Made by a program: the position numbers and the translations under genes. Below, one piece after another: positions 36,882 through 47,036 of a stretch of DNA of 64,000 bases (positions are counted from its first letter, which is position 1; every line of letters begins with the position of its first letter). Source of the stretch: Saprospiraceae bacterium (GTDB taxonomy: Bacteria > Bacteroidota > Bacteroidia > Chitinophagales > Saprospiraceae); contig JBGSKO010000116.1 of NCBI GenBank assembly GCA_041741155.1, forward strand, positions 29,103 to 93,102, written 5' to 3'. A model generated the notes under the pieces. It did no database searches, had not been told where the DNA came from, and saw only the letters and a list, made by a program, of their open reading frames with translations.

Positions 36882-38537
36882 CTACCGCATTAATTGTTGA
36901 ATAATACTCCCGGTACTGCCATTCGGCCGCATAATGCGCAGCATGGCCGCCAGTGTAGGTGCAATATCGGTAATGCTTACGGGCGCAAATGTTTCCCCGG
37001 ACGGAATTTTCCAGCCGTACCAAATCAGTGGAACATGCGCATCGTAGGGATATGGGGAACCATGCGTGGTGCCCCCGAGGCTGAATAACTTGTCGTCGGC
37101 ATGCCAGGCAGGTTCGAGTTGAAACAGTACGTCGCCGGATCGGCGGGGATGCAAACCACGGCGAATTTCCGGTGCGAATGGATACTCGGACGGCAAGGCC
37201 AACATATCGGCCGGCGTATAGGCATCGTAAACTCCGGGCTGTTTGCGAAGGAATGTTTTTAGCGCCTCGCAGGCATGCTCCAATTCGATTCCAGCAGCAT
37301 GAAGCGCCTCGTGGTCCAGCCAAATCTGCTGATTGGCCACATCGAGTACAAACGTTCCGGGACGGCCGAATTTTTCAGTCAGTGCCTGGTTGAACTGCCC
37401 CACGCTGGTGCTTTCCGGAAACACCCCGGCGGGGATTTCCAGGTCGTGCAGGTGTGCGGGCGTTTCGCCACCGCCGTGGTCGGCAGTCAGAAAAACCAGC
37501 ACATTGTTTTTTCCAAATTTTTCATCCAGGGCACGCAGCAAGCGGGTGATCTGGCCATCAAGCCGCAGATACATATCCTGCGTTTCTTCGGCATGGATAC
37601 CGAACTGGTGCCCGCAGTAATCCGGCCCGGAAAAACTCAGACACAACACGTCGGGGTACTCATCCTGCCCCAACTCCATTTTGTCAATGGTTTCCAGCGC
37701 AAAGTCCACGGTGAACATATTGCCCCCGGGTGTGAAGCGCAGGAGCGTGTAGCCTGTTTTTTGTTTGATGGCAGGCAGGTCGTAGGGGAAATTCTCGGGG
37801 ATTGCCAGGTATTTGCCGTCGTCGTATTTGTCCCAGGCTTCGCCAAAACTTTCCTCGTAGGGCTCGGGACGGAGTTTGCTCCAGGGCTGGGAGAGGTAAG
37901 TATCAGGCAAGCGCCGGGCATTAAAATCCTGCACCCACTGGGGCAGGCCAAGGGAATCGGGGTAATACGTGGACGTGATCCAGTTGCCGGTTTTGTCGTC
38001 AAACCAGTACGCAGCATTGGGAATATGCCCGGCGGGCAGGATACTGCCGCGGTCTTTGAGGCACACGCCGACAACTTTGGAGCGGAAATTATTGGACAGG
38101 CGCAGCTCGTCGGTGATGGTAGTGCTGAGCAATGCGCGGGGCGAATGCCGGCCGGCGCGTTGGGCATCAGTGCCTACCGGGTATTCGGTGGTATCGGCAG
38201 TTACGTATCGGCTGCGACGCCAGGAACGATCGTACCAGTCGTTGCCTATGATGCCGTTGACGGCGGGGGTAGTGCCGGTATAAATGGCCGCGTGTCCCGG
38301 CCCGGTGTAGGTAGGCACGTAATTGAACTGAGCATTTTCACAAGAAAATCCCTCGCGCAACAGGCGCTTGAAACCACCGGGGCCGTACTTGGACTGATAG
38401 CGGTAGAGGTAGTCGTAGCGCATTTGGTCCACCACAATACCGACGATGAGTTTGGGCCGATCGGGCACGGTTTGGGCAGAGAGTACGGCCGAAAGGAAAA
38501 TGCAGAGACAGATTGTCAGTGGCAGGCGTTGAAGCAT
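36882..38537 (-). CDS. alkaline-phosphatase-superfamily phosphatase (PafA-like)
   Basis: The start is taken at MLQRLPLTICLCIFLSAVLSAQ (signal peptide). Contains the IVGIVVDQMRYDYLYRY N-terminal block and the LTADHGGGE metal-site block. Confidence 0.85.
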   Translation of the reverse strand: MLQRLPLTICLCIFLSAVLSAQTVPDRPKLIVGIVVDQMRYDYLYRYQSKYGPGGFKRLLREGFSCENAQFNYVPTYTGPGHAAIYTGTTPAVNGIIGNDWYDRSWRRSRYVTADTTEYPVGTDAQRAGRHSPRALLSTTITDELRLSNNFRSKVVGVCLKDRGSILPAGHIPNAAYWFDDKTGNWITSTYYPDSLGLPQWVQDFNARRLPDTYLSQPWSKLRPEPYEESFGEAWDKYDDGKYLAIPENFPYDLPAIKQKTGYTLLRFTPGGNMFTVDFALETIDKMELGQDEYPDVLCLSFSGPDYCGHQFGIHAEETQDMYLRLDGQITRLLRALDEKFGKNNVLVFLTADHGGGETPAHLHDLEIPAGVFPESTSVGQFNQALTEKFGRPGTFVLDVANQQIWLDHEALHAAGIELEHACEALKTFLRKQPGVYDAYTPADMLALPSEYPFAPEIRRGLHPRRSGDVLFQLEPAWHADDKLFSLGGTTHGSPYPYDAHVPLIWYGWKIPSGETFAPVSITDIAPTLAAMLRIMRPNGSTGSIIQQLMR

Positions 38538-38679
38538 CGTATCGATAGGTTTGTTCAAACTGTAATTGCGCAAAGATGGAGATTCCGTAGTAAACAGACA
38601 GCGAAGGAATCCCCACGGGCGGAAACCAATGGCCAATATTTCTGTTCCTTTGCAGCCCAAAATTTGAACAGCACCCGAC

Positions 38680-39555
38680 ATGTCCAACCGCCCGCCTGCC
38701 ACCCTCGATTGGGTTTTGCTTTTCCTGCTAAGCCTGATCTGGGGCGCTTCGTTTATTTTCATCAAACGATCGGTAGCGATTTTCGACCCCATGCAAATGG
38801 CCATGTGGCGCATGGTACTCGCATTGGTGGTTTATCTGCCGATAGCAGCAATTTTCTGGTCCAAAATTGACTGGAAACGCTGGAAATCGCTCCTGGTCGT
38901 GGCATTTTGCGGGTCGGCGATTCCCAATTTCTTTTTTGCCGTAGCGCAGCAACACGTGAGCAGCAGCCTTGCCGGCGTACTGAATTCGCTGACGCCTTTA
39001 TTCACGCTCTTGCTTGGTGTGGTGTTTTTTCAAATGGTTTTTAATAAAAATAAAATACTGGGCGTGGTGCTGGGCCTGGCTGGAGCGGCCATACTCATTC
39101 TGTTCAACAGCAGCAGCGCTGTACAGGGCAACTGGTTTTACGCGACCCTCTGCGCCGGGGCTACGGTGTGTTACGCCATCAATGCCAATGTGGTAAACCG
39201 CGACCTGCGCGACCTGCATCCGGCAGCTATTGCCTCCTCGGCATTCGTGATCACCGGAGCCATTTTCCTGGTCGGCTTGTGGTGGTCGGGCGGCTGGAGC
39301 ACGGCATTTCAGCATCCCGAGGGCTTGAACGGTCTCGGCTACATTTTTTACCTCTCGGCAGTGGGTACCGTAGGCGGATCTATCCTGTACTTCTGGCTCC
39401 TGCAACGCACCAGCGCCCTCTTTGCCACGTCCGTCACCTACCTGCTGCCCGTAGCAGCACTGGCCCTTGGCGCTTTGGACGGAGAGGCCGTTGGCATGAC
39501 AGACCTGATCGGCACGGGTGTTATCCTGCTCGGGGTGTATTTGGCGCGCAAATAA
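38680..39555 (+). CDS. DMT-superfamily transporter (two EamA domains)
   Basis: 291 aa with about 10 hydrophobic helices in two homologous halves. Confidence 0.85.
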   Translation: MSNRPPATLDWVLLFLLSLIWGASFIFIKRSVAIFDPMQMAMWRMVLALVVYLPIAAIFWSKIDWKRWKSLLVVAFCGSAIPNFFFAVAQQHVSSSLAGVLNSLTPLFTLLLGVVFFQMVFNKNKILGVVLGLAGAAILILFNSSSAVQGNWFYATLCAGATVCYAINANVVNRDLRDLHPAAIASSAFVITGAIFLVGLWWSGGWSTAFQHPEGLNGLGYIFYLSAVGTVGGSILYFWLLQRTSALFATSVTYLLPVAALALGALDGEAVGMTDLIGTGVILLGVYLARK

Positions 39556-39566
39556 TCGGGCCAAGA

Positions 39567-42428
39567 TTACCCCCGTCCCATCCCCGGCATCCACTCGCCG
39601 CTGCCCTGGCGGTCCGAACGGGGAGATGGTTCTTTCTTTGTCTTGAAATGCCGCAGATTGTAGGTGAACGACAACATTACGAACCGTTGCAACGCATTGG
39701 TTTGCAGGTCCTCAATGTAGGATTCGGTGATATTCCGGCTGATGCTGCGGTTTTGGCCAAGCACGTCGTTGAGGGCCAATGCAATCTCGCCGCGCTCGTT
39801 TTTGAATACTTTTTTACCGATGGCGAGGTTCCAGAGCCAAAAATTTTGGTTGAAGCCGTCGGATAAACCGGAGTTGAACGTATGGCTCACATCAGTGCGC
39901 AACACGAACCCTTCATAGATGATCCAGTTGAACTTGAGTCGCGATGTTTGGCTGAGATACTCGGTGTTGCCGGCGGTTTGCAGGGTGTTTTTTACCGTGT
40001 TGTAACTGGGTCTGGCAGACAGGGTAAAATCCACCCGTTCGCTGATATTACTGGCGAACGTGAGACCAAATCCGACGATGTTGTTGTTGGCATAGTTCGG
40101 CACGTCATTGACAAGGCCCGGGGTACGGGAATAGTTGTACGAAATATCCACATTAACATTGGTTTTCAGCCCTTTAACCGGTAATCCGTACGACAAAAAA
40201 GAACGTGCGTTCCGGTACCCGTTGAGGTTGACCGGGCGGGAAATACGGGCGCCCGGCGGCACATTGTACTCCTGCAGGATGGGGTGATCGCTGCTGGCCA
40301 GGTAGGTGGCATTGGCAATGTAGGCATCGGTAAGGCCACCGCCGGCCATGACGAAGAAGGTGCTGCCTTTTTCGGGGTTGGAGCCCTGGTACCGCATAAA
40401 CAGGTTTTGCTGAAACGACTGACGCAGGTTTGGATTACCTACGCTGAGCTGCAGCGGGTTGGTGTTGTTCAGCACATCCTGCAACTGCTCCACAGAGGGC
40501 AATTGTGTACTGGTGCGGTAATTCAACCGAATGTTGCGGTTTTTGTCCAGGCTGTAACGAAACATAGCCGAGGGCAGCACATTGAAAAATGTCTGGTTGA
40601 TGGTGGCCGGCTGCGGAAAGGTTTTTTCATTGGCCAGATCAGCCCATTGTACGTTGGTGCGAATATTGAAATTCACGTCGCGCCCTTTGCTATAGTTATA
40701 GCCCGCTCCGGTTTGGTGGGTCACATAATCATTGGAAAAAACGTTCGTCAGCGGTTCATTGAGCAGGGTGTAGCCCTCGTCGGGGGTAAAAAAATCGTAG
40801 GTGTATTTATCGGATGCCTCCTGCTGGTAACTGAGGCGGTAGTTGAACAACAGTTGGGCATTCTCGCTCACCGGTTCGGTGTACTCCATATTGCCGGCAG
40901 CGTTCCAGCTGTTCAGATCAAGGGTGGAATACTGGTCGAGATTGCTTTGGATGGGCTGCCCGGTATAGTACACATCCTGGGATTGCAGGGTGCTGTTGCC
41001 GTTTTTGGGTGCATAGCCGGAACTCAGGTTGATCGAGAAGGTGCGCCCTTTTTTGGCCAGTCGGTGGCGCCACAGCAGGTCGCTGTTCAGGCTGACACCG
41101 GTGAGGTCGGAGCGGAAGATATTGTCTGTTTGGCTCAGGAGGTTGTTGTCGAAACTGGTTTGTCCGAGCGTAGTGGAGTTGCCGTCATTTTGCTGGATAC
41201 TCAGGCGGGGCCGGAACAACAGGGTGTTCATGCTGTCGAGCTTAAACTCGATGCGGGCATTGAACCGGTGGTTGATGTTGTCCGTATTGGAGTTGTTTTC
41301 CTCGCCGTAAAGTTCGGCCAGGCCGCCGTCGCTGTTGAGAAACTGGCGGAAGGTATTGGACTCGGAGAAACTATTGCTTTTGTTGAAAAAATAGCTGGCG
41401 CTCGCTTCGGTTTTGCTGCCCCACTTATCGGAATAGTTGATGCCCACGGCTGTCGTGGTAGCAATACCGCCTTGTGGGCGCACCAAAAAATCGCCACCAC
41501 CGCCGCCGCCGGTCGGGCGCCCGCCGCCGCCGCGTCCGCCCATCATACCACTTGGGCGCCCGCCACCACCGCCGCCCATGACACCGAGCAAGTCATCGGA
41601 GGAAAAATTCTGGACGTTAATGTTGTTGGTCATCCCGATGAACGAGATACGCCGGTCGCCGTCGAAATAATTGATGTTGCCGCCGCCCTGGTACTTATCC
41701 TCGTAACCATAGCCGGCGTACACCTTTCCAAACTGGCCACTGCGCATATTGGTTTTGGTGACGATATTGATCGTTTTGGTGGTATTTCCGTCCTGAAATC
41801 CAGTAAACTGCGCCTGCTCACTCTGCTGGTCGAATATTTGCACCTTGTCAATAACCTCGGCAGGCAGGTTGCGCAACGCAGCGGCTGGATCATTGCCGAA
41901 GAAGGGTTTGCCGTCCACCAGCACCTGCGTAACATTTTCGCCCTGAGCCTTGATCGCGCCGTTTTCTACCGTCACCGAAGGTAGTTTTTCGATAAGATCC
42001 GACGCGTCTGCATCTTTCATCACTTTAACGGCATTGGCATTGAACTCTGTGGTATCACCTTTTTGCTGGGAAATGGGCACTGTGGCTTTAATATCCACCC
42101 CGCTGAGAACAACCGGATCGGGTTCCAGGGTCAACGTCCCCAACTGCACGTCGGCATTAGACACCGTGACCTCACGTTTTAGCGCACTGAAACCAATGGC
42201 CGTGACGACCAGGCGGTAGCCGCCTTTGCCAATTCCGCTGAGTACAAATGCCCCGTCCGCGCCGGTGGCGGTATTTTTCACCGCATCGCCCCAAGGATGC
42301 TGCAAACTGATCGTTGCGCCGGGCAGCGTGCTATTCGCATCATCAACGATTCTGCCTTTGATAGAAAACGTTTGGGCGCTCAGCAGGTTGGCGAGCAGCA
42401 GAAAAAGAGCGAGGGCGAGATTTTTCAT
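39567..42428 (-). CDS. outer-membrane beta-barrel protein with CarboxypepD_reg-like domain (TonB-dependent-receptor-like)
   Basis: Signal peptide. FSIKGRIVDDANSTLPGATISL is an Ig-like domain. There is a plug-like region and a Gly-rich insert (GGGGGRPSGMMGGRGGGGRPTGGGGGG). The rest is a long beta-strand-rich barrel. Confidence 0.85.
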   Translation of the reverse strand: MKNLALALFLLLANLLSAQTFSIKGRIVDDANSTLPGATISLQHPWGDAVKNTATGADGAFVLSGIGKGGYRLVVTAIGFSALKREVTVSNADVQLGTLTLEPDPVVLSGVDIKATVPISQQKGDTTEFNANAVKVMKDADASDLIEKLPSVTVENGAIKAQGENVTQVLVDGKPFFGNDPAAALRNLPAEVIDKVQIFDQQSEQAQFTGFQDGNTTKTINIVTKTNMRSGQFGKVYAGYGYEDKYQGGGNINYFDGDRRISFIGMTNNINVQNFSSDDLLGVMGGGGGGRPSGMMGGRGGGGRPTGGGGGGDFLVRPQGGIATTTAVGINYSDKWGSKTEASASYFFNKSNSFSESNTFRQFLNSDGGLAELYGEENNSNTDNINHRFNARIEFKLDSMNTLLFRPRLSIQQNDGNSTTLGQTSFDNNLLSQTDNIFRSDLTGVSLNSDLLWRHRLAKKGRTFSINLSSGYAPKNGNSTLQSQDVYYTGQPIQSNLDQYSTLDLNSWNAAGNMEYTEPVSENAQLLFNYRLSYQQEASDKYTYDFFTPDEGYTLLNEPLTNVFSNDYVTHQTGAGYNYSKGRDVNFNIRTNVQWADLANEKTFPQPATINQTFFNVLPSAMFRYSLDKNRNIRLNYRTSTQLPSVEQLQDVLNNTNPLQLSVGNPNLRQSFQQNLFMRYQGSNPEKGSTFFVMAGGGLTDAYIANATYLASSDHPILQEYNVPPGARISRPVNLNGYRNARSFLSYGLPVKGLKTNVNVDISYNYSRTPGLVNDVPNYANNNIVGFGLTFASNISERVDFTLSARPSYNTVKNTLQTAGNTEYLSQTSRLKFNWIIYEGFVLRTDVSHTFNSGLSDGFNQNFWLWNLAIGKKVFKNERGEIALALNDVLGQNRSISRNITESYIEDLQTNALQRFVMLSFTYNLRHFKTKKEPSPRSDRQGSGEWMPGMGRG

Positions 42429-42529
42429 ACATTGAAGTTTACAGGGTTTTGGGGTTTATGAATGTTGAGCCTGTATTGCTCAACACCCATAAACCCCTTG
42501 AACCATTTTGAAATAGTAATTACGTACGC

Positions 42530-43021
42530 TTACTGTTTGTCATCAGAGTCCGGCGTACTCTTTTTGGCTTTTTTGCCTTTCTTATCCTTCTTGCCTGTTT
42601 CGGCAGGCGGACCGGCTTTCGGGCGGTTTCCATCGCCCCAGTTGCCGCGGTTGGCGCGTTGTTCTTCGCGGAATGCGGTCCATTTCTGCCACTGTTCCTG
42701 CGTCACGATGGTTTGCAATTCCTTATCCTGTTCCTGGCGCATAGCGGTCATTTTCCCCCGCATGGATTCCCAGTCGCCGTCGGCGTTTTCACGCGCCGCC
42801 TGCGCTTGTTTGGCGTACTTAAGGTTGATTTCCTGCACCTTGCCGGCTTGCGCCTCGGAGAGGGAAAGCTGCTCCGTCATTTGAGCAGTTTGCTGTTTAG
42901 CCCTTTGTTCGGGGTTCATGTCGCGGCCACCGCCGCCGGGTTGAGCGTAGAGTACTCCGCCGACCAGAAGGAACAAAGCCACTATGGAATACTGAAGCGA
43001 TTGAAACATGTACTTTTTCAT
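42530..43021 (-). CDS. secreted helical protein (Spy/CpxP- or DUF4890-like)
   Basis: The start is taken at MKKYMFQSLQYSIVALFLLVGGVLYAQ (signal peptide). The body is Q/E/K-rich helical repeats and the tail is lysine-rich. The family assignment is tentative. Confidence 0.55.
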   Translation of the reverse strand: MKKYMFQSLQYSIVALFLLVGGVLYAQPGGGGRDMNPEQRAKQQTAQMTEQLSLSEAQAGKVQEINLKYAKQAQAARENADGDWESMRGKMTAMRQEQDKELQTIVTQEQWQKWTAFREEQRANRGNWGDGNRPKAGPPAETGKKDKKGKKAKKSTPDSDDKQ

Positions 43022-43257
43022 AATCGTGTGTTTTTGTATTTGAATAAGCAGTCGCAAAGGTGCAACAAGTGCTTTCCTGCTTTTATAAAATTCAATGAAC
43101 ACCGCAGATTCACCCATAAACACCCGCTTTATCTCATAAACCCAATTTCTTGCAAAAATCAGCCGGACATTGAGCCGATCCCGGGGTTGAAAGGCAACAC
43201 ACCGGTGTTGGTTGAGAATAATTGGGCAGATGCAAGACGTTTGGCACCTTTGCAACT

Positions 43258-44322
43258 ATGCATTTACCGCGTCGAAATACCTGGTTACAAATTCTATTCT
43301 GGGGTGCCCTGTGGGTACTGGTGCCGGTGGCCCTCGCCGGCAACTGGGAAAACACCGAGCGGCTCGTCGTGCGGAGCGCCGTAGTGCTCACAGGCATCGC
43401 CCTCGTCGTGTGGGCTAATGTGGAAATTTTGCTCCCCAGACTTTATTTTAACAAAAAACAGGTCGCTTACATCCTGGCGGGACTGGCGCTTCTGGTGGGC
43501 ATTGTTTTGCTGGTGGACTGGGATGCGGCGCCCTGGGCCGAACATTTTACCCGGCCACGCACCAATGACAGTACCGGCCGCGGCGGCAATCCACATAACA
43601 ATCCGGGGTACCGCAGCATGAAATATATCGGTATGGCCATGCCTTATTTCACGGCATTGATCGGTAGCGCCCTGTTTGAAGTGGCCAGTTTTGCCAACCG
43701 CAAGGAGCGCGAGGCCACGGAGTTTCGCAGCGAAAAACTGGAGGCTGAACTAAAGTTTCTCAAATCCCAAATCAACCCGCACTTCCTGTTCAACGCCCTG
43801 AACAACATTTATACCCTGACGGTCATCAAGTCTGATCAGGCGCCCGACAACCTGCTCAAACTATCCGGTATGCTGCGCTATATGTTGTACGACTGCAAAG
43901 CCGACCGTGTACCACTGGGCAAAGAAATTGAATACTTGCGGCACTTCATTGATCTGAACCTGCTCAAAGACAGCCGGGGACTCAATGTGACGGTAAGCCT
44001 TGATGAATCGCGGCCGGCGCTGTCCATCGCTCCAATGCTTCTGATTCCTTTCGTGGAAAACGCATTCAAACACAGCAAAATTGAGGATCGCGCACACGGC
44101 TGGATCCGCATCGAATTGCAAACTGCCGCCGGTCATATTCAATTTACTGTGGAAAACAGCGTGCCAGAAACCGCCCACACCAAGGACCAATCCGGCGGCA
44201 TCGGCCTGAAAAACGTGCGCCGCCAACTCGAACTCCTCTACCCCGACCAACACGAACTAACCATTGAACCCGGACCAGATACTTTCCGCGTCCGACTGAA
44301 ATTGTTGGTTGAGAACGGTTGA
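43258..44322 (+). CDS. LytS/YehU-type sensor histidine kinase
   Basis: N-terminal membrane helices. The QINPHFLFNALNNIY block is the His_kinase (PF06580-type) H-box. A C-terminal ATPase-like GGIGLKNV block is present. Confidence 0.85.
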   Translation: MHLPRRNTWLQILFWGALWVLVPVALAGNWENTERLVVRSAVVLTGIALVVWANVEILLPRLYFNKKQVAYILAGLALLVGIVLLVDWDAAPWAEHFTRPRTNDSTGRGGNPHNNPGYRSMKYIGMAMPYFTALIGSALFEVASFANRKEREATEFRSEKLEAELKFLKSQINPHFLFNALNNIYTLTVIKSDQAPDNLLKLSGMLRYMLYDCKADRVPLGKEIEYLRHFIDLNLLKDSRGLNVTVSLDESRPALSIAPMLLIPFVENAFKHSKIEDRAHGWIRIELQTAAGHIQFTVENSVPETAHTKDQSGGIGLKNVRRQLELLYPDQHELTIEPGPDTFRVRLKLLVENG

Positions 44323-44468
44323 GAAAAGTTGAGAGGGTTGAGACGGTTGAGTTGAGAGCCCGGCTGCTGCTTAAGACTGTTCAGAAAGCTCTGAACTTTC
44401 CCAACATCCCTCCTCAACCCTCTCAACTTTTCTCAACCTTTCTCAACTTTTCTCAACCTTTCTCAACC
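44308..44468. repeat. GTTGAG/CTCAAC word-array hairpin between the kinase and regulator genes
   Basis: Six GTTGAG words lie at 44308-44356 and six CTCAAC words at 44413-44467. A 25-bp perfect complement links 44318-44342 and 44413-44437, extending to about 35 bp with 1 mismatch. The array starts inside the HK stop codon region and ends 9 nt before the RR ATG. Confidence 0.8.
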
Positions 44469-44476
44469 ATAACACA

Positions 44477-45190
44477 ATGAAACCCATCCGTTGCCTTGTC
44501 GTGGACGACGAAGAACTCGCCCGCACCCTGCTCCAGAACTACATTGGGCGGCTGCCCCATCTGGAACTCGTCGCTTCCTGCGCCAACCCGCTCGAAGCTA
44601 TGAGTGTACTCCAGCAGCAGCCCATTGACCTGTTGTTTCTCGATATCCAAATGCCCGAACTTACCGGAATTGAGTTTCTCCGCACCCTGACGTACAAGCC
44701 GCTGGTCATTTTCACCACAGCTTATACCGAATATGCGCTGGACGGTTATGCGCTGGATGTAACCGATTACCTGCTCAAACCTTTTTCCTTTGAACGGTTC
44801 CTGCAAGCCGTGAACAAAGCGGGAACACTCTTGCAGTCCCGTAACGGAAATACCCCGATCGTTCTGGAAACCGAAACGCCCGTCAAGGACTACATTTTGG
44901 TAAAAGCCGACCACAAGGTACATCGGCTCAAAATGGACGATATTCTCTACATCCAAAGTATGCGGGAATATGTAGCCTTCCACACGTCGTCCGGCCGTTT
45001 ACTTTCCCTCAATGCACTGAAAAACCTGGATGAAGAATTACCCCCGGAGCGATTTATCCGAATCCACAAATCCTATATTGTGGCGATAGACAAGATAGAT
45101 ACGCTCGAAGGAAACCTCGTACACGTAGGCAAGGAAAAACTGCCCATCGGAGCAAGCTACCGGGACGCGGTGGTGCGCAGGGTATTTTAA
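44477..45190 (+). CDS. LytR/AlgR-family response regulator (receiver + LytTR DNA-binding domain)
   Basis: The receiver domain has VVDDE...LLFLDIQMPELTGIEF. The C-terminal LytTR domain has ILYIQSMREYVAFHT...FIRIHKSYIV. Confidence 0.9.
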   Translation: MKPIRCLVVDDEELARTLLQNYIGRLPHLELVASCANPLEAMSVLQQQPIDLLFLDIQMPELTGIEFLRTLTYKPLVIFTTAYTEYALDGYALDVTDYLLKPFSFERFLQAVNKAGTLLQSRNGNTPIVLETETPVKDYILVKADHKVHRLKMDDILYIQSMREYVAFHTSSGRLLSLNALKNLDEELPPERFIRIHKSYIVAIDKIDTLEGNLVHVGKEKLPIGASYRDAVVRRVF

Positions 45191-45254
45191 AAACCAAAGC
45201 ACTAAAACACAAAACCCCAAAGCCCCAAAGCCCCATAACACGCACAAACGATGC

Positions 45255-46964
45255 ATGATGAATAGATTTTTCTACCCGATTTTCGCACTTCTTTTCCTGC
45301 TGCCGCTCGTTTCTTTTGCTCAGGACCGCATCACGGGCCGGCCATGGGCTACCCGCAGCGAGGTAATTGCCCAAAACGGCATGGCCTGTACCAGCCACCC
45401 GCTCGCCACTCAGGTTGCCCTCGATATTTTGAAAAAAGGCGGCTCGGCCATTGATGCAGCCATCGCAGCCAATGCCTGCCTCGGCCTAATGGAACCCACC
45501 GGCAGCGGTATCGGCGGCGACCTGTTCGCAATCGTGTGGGATGCCAAATCCCAAAAATTGTACGGCCTGAACGCCAGCGGGCGCAGTCCCAAGGCGCTCA
45601 CCCGCGCGTACTTTTTAGAAAAAGGCCTGACGAGCATCCCGTCCTACGGTCCGTTGCCCGTGACGGTACCCGGCTGCGTGGACGGGTGGTTCGAACTGCA
45701 CCGTCGGTTTGGCAAATTAGGAATGGGCGAAATCCTCCAGCCCGCCATTGGATATGCCGAGCAGGGATTTCCCGTAACCGAACTCATCGCCTACTACCTG
45801 CAAGCCAGTACCCGCCGCTTTGCGGAATATCAGAATTTCACGGAAACGTATACCCTTCAGGGCAAAGCCCTCGAAAAGGGTAGTATTTTTAAAAACCCCG
45901 CCCTGGCCAAGACGTACCGCCTGTTGGCTGAAAAAGGCCGTGATGAATTTTACAAGGGCAGTATTGCCCGCACCATCGCCACATTTATGCAGGAACAGGG
46001 CGGTTTTCTGGCGCTCAACGATCTCGCCGAACACCGCAGCGAGTGGGTGGACCCTGTCAGCGTCAATTACCGCGGATACGATGTGTGGGAACTGCCGCCC
46101 AACGGCCAGGGCATCGCCGCCCTGCAAATGTTGAATATCCTCGAAGGTTTTGATTTCAAACCGGAAGACTACGGCACGGCGCGACACATTCACCTGTTTT
46201 CTGAAGCCAAAAAACTGGTTTTTGAGGACCGGGCCAGGTACTATGCCGACCCTGCGTTTTCCAAAACGCCCGTGCAGGAACTGCTCAGTAAGGAATACGC
46301 CGCCCGACGCAGGGCACTGATCAATCCCGACCGGGCCGGCACCCGTGTAGCCGCCGGCGACCCGTTCGCCAACAACACGATTTACATGACCGTAGCCGAC
46401 CGGGAAGGCAATATGGTCAGCCTCATTCAGAGCAACTACCGGGGTATGGGCAGCGGTATGGTGCCGACCGGGTTAGGTTTTATGCTGCACGACCGGGGCG
46501 AGTTGTTCAGTTTGGATACTGCGCACGCTAATGTTTTTGCTCCCGGCAAACGCCCGTTCCACACCATCATTCCGGCGTTTATTACCAAAGACGGGCAGCC
46601 ATTCCTCAGTTTTGGCGTCATGGGCGGCGATTTTCAGCCGCTCGGCCACGTCCAGATTGTCCAGAACATCATTGATTTTCAGATGAACATCCAGGAGGCC
46701 GGCGATGCTCCGCGCATAGATCACCAGGGCGGCAACAGCGACCCCACCGGCGCGGCCACCGGCGGCAGTACCGGCGGCGGCCAAATCCTGCTCGAAAGCG
46801 GCATTCCTTACGAAACCATCCGCGAGCTCCTGCAAAAAGGCCACCGGGTTGGCTACGGACTCGGCGGCTATGGCGGCTATCAGGCTATCCGTTGGGATCC
46901 CGTGCGGAAGGTATATTTCGGCGCCAGCGAAAGCCGAAAGGATGGCGGAGCGGCAGGTTTTTGA
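45255..46964 (+). CDS. ggt: gamma-glutamyltransferase
   Basis: Signal peptide. GGSAIDAA and PTGSGIGGD blocks. The autoprocessing/nucleophile region is NNTIYMTVADREGN. An MGGDFQP block is present. Confidence 0.9.
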   Translation: MMNRFFYPIFALLFLLPLVSFAQDRITGRPWATRSEVIAQNGMACTSHPLATQVALDILKKGGSAIDAAIAANACLGLMEPTGSGIGGDLFAIVWDAKSQKLYGLNASGRSPKALTRAYFLEKGLTSIPSYGPLPVTVPGCVDGWFELHRRFGKLGMGEILQPAIGYAEQGFPVTELIAYYLQASTRRFAEYQNFTETYTLQGKALEKGSIFKNPALAKTYRLLAEKGRDEFYKGSIARTIATFMQEQGGFLALNDLAEHRSEWVDPVSVNYRGYDVWELPPNGQGIAALQMLNILEGFDFKPEDYGTARHIHLFSEAKKLVFEDRARYYADPAFSKTPVQELLSKEYAARRRALINPDRAGTRVAAGDPFANNTIYMTVADREGNMVSLIQSNYRGMGSGMVPTGLGFMLHDRGELFSLDTAHANVFAPGKRPFHTIIPAFITKDGQPFLSFGVMGGDFQPLGHVQIVQNIIDFQMNIQEAGDAPRIDHQGGNSDPTGAATGGSTGGGQILLESGIPYETIRELLQKGHRVGYGLGGYGGYQAIRWDPVRKVYFGASESRKDGGAAGF

Positions 46965-47036
46965 AATGGCTACCTTTGCAACCCTTTTGCCCCCGGGGCG
47001 TTCTTACTGGCCCCAATACACCAACATCAACCGCCC

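Noticed and set aside
37275-38870. 531-aa ORF on the plus strand.
   Set aside because: It is antisense to the PafA-like phosphatase gene, which has a signal peptide and metal-site motifs. No recognisable domain.
40284-41984. 566-aa plus-strand ORF, and the Pro-rich ORF at 41437-41670.
   Set aside because: Both are antisense to the beta-barrel OMP gene. The Pro-rich stretch is simply the complement of the Gly-rich linker codons.
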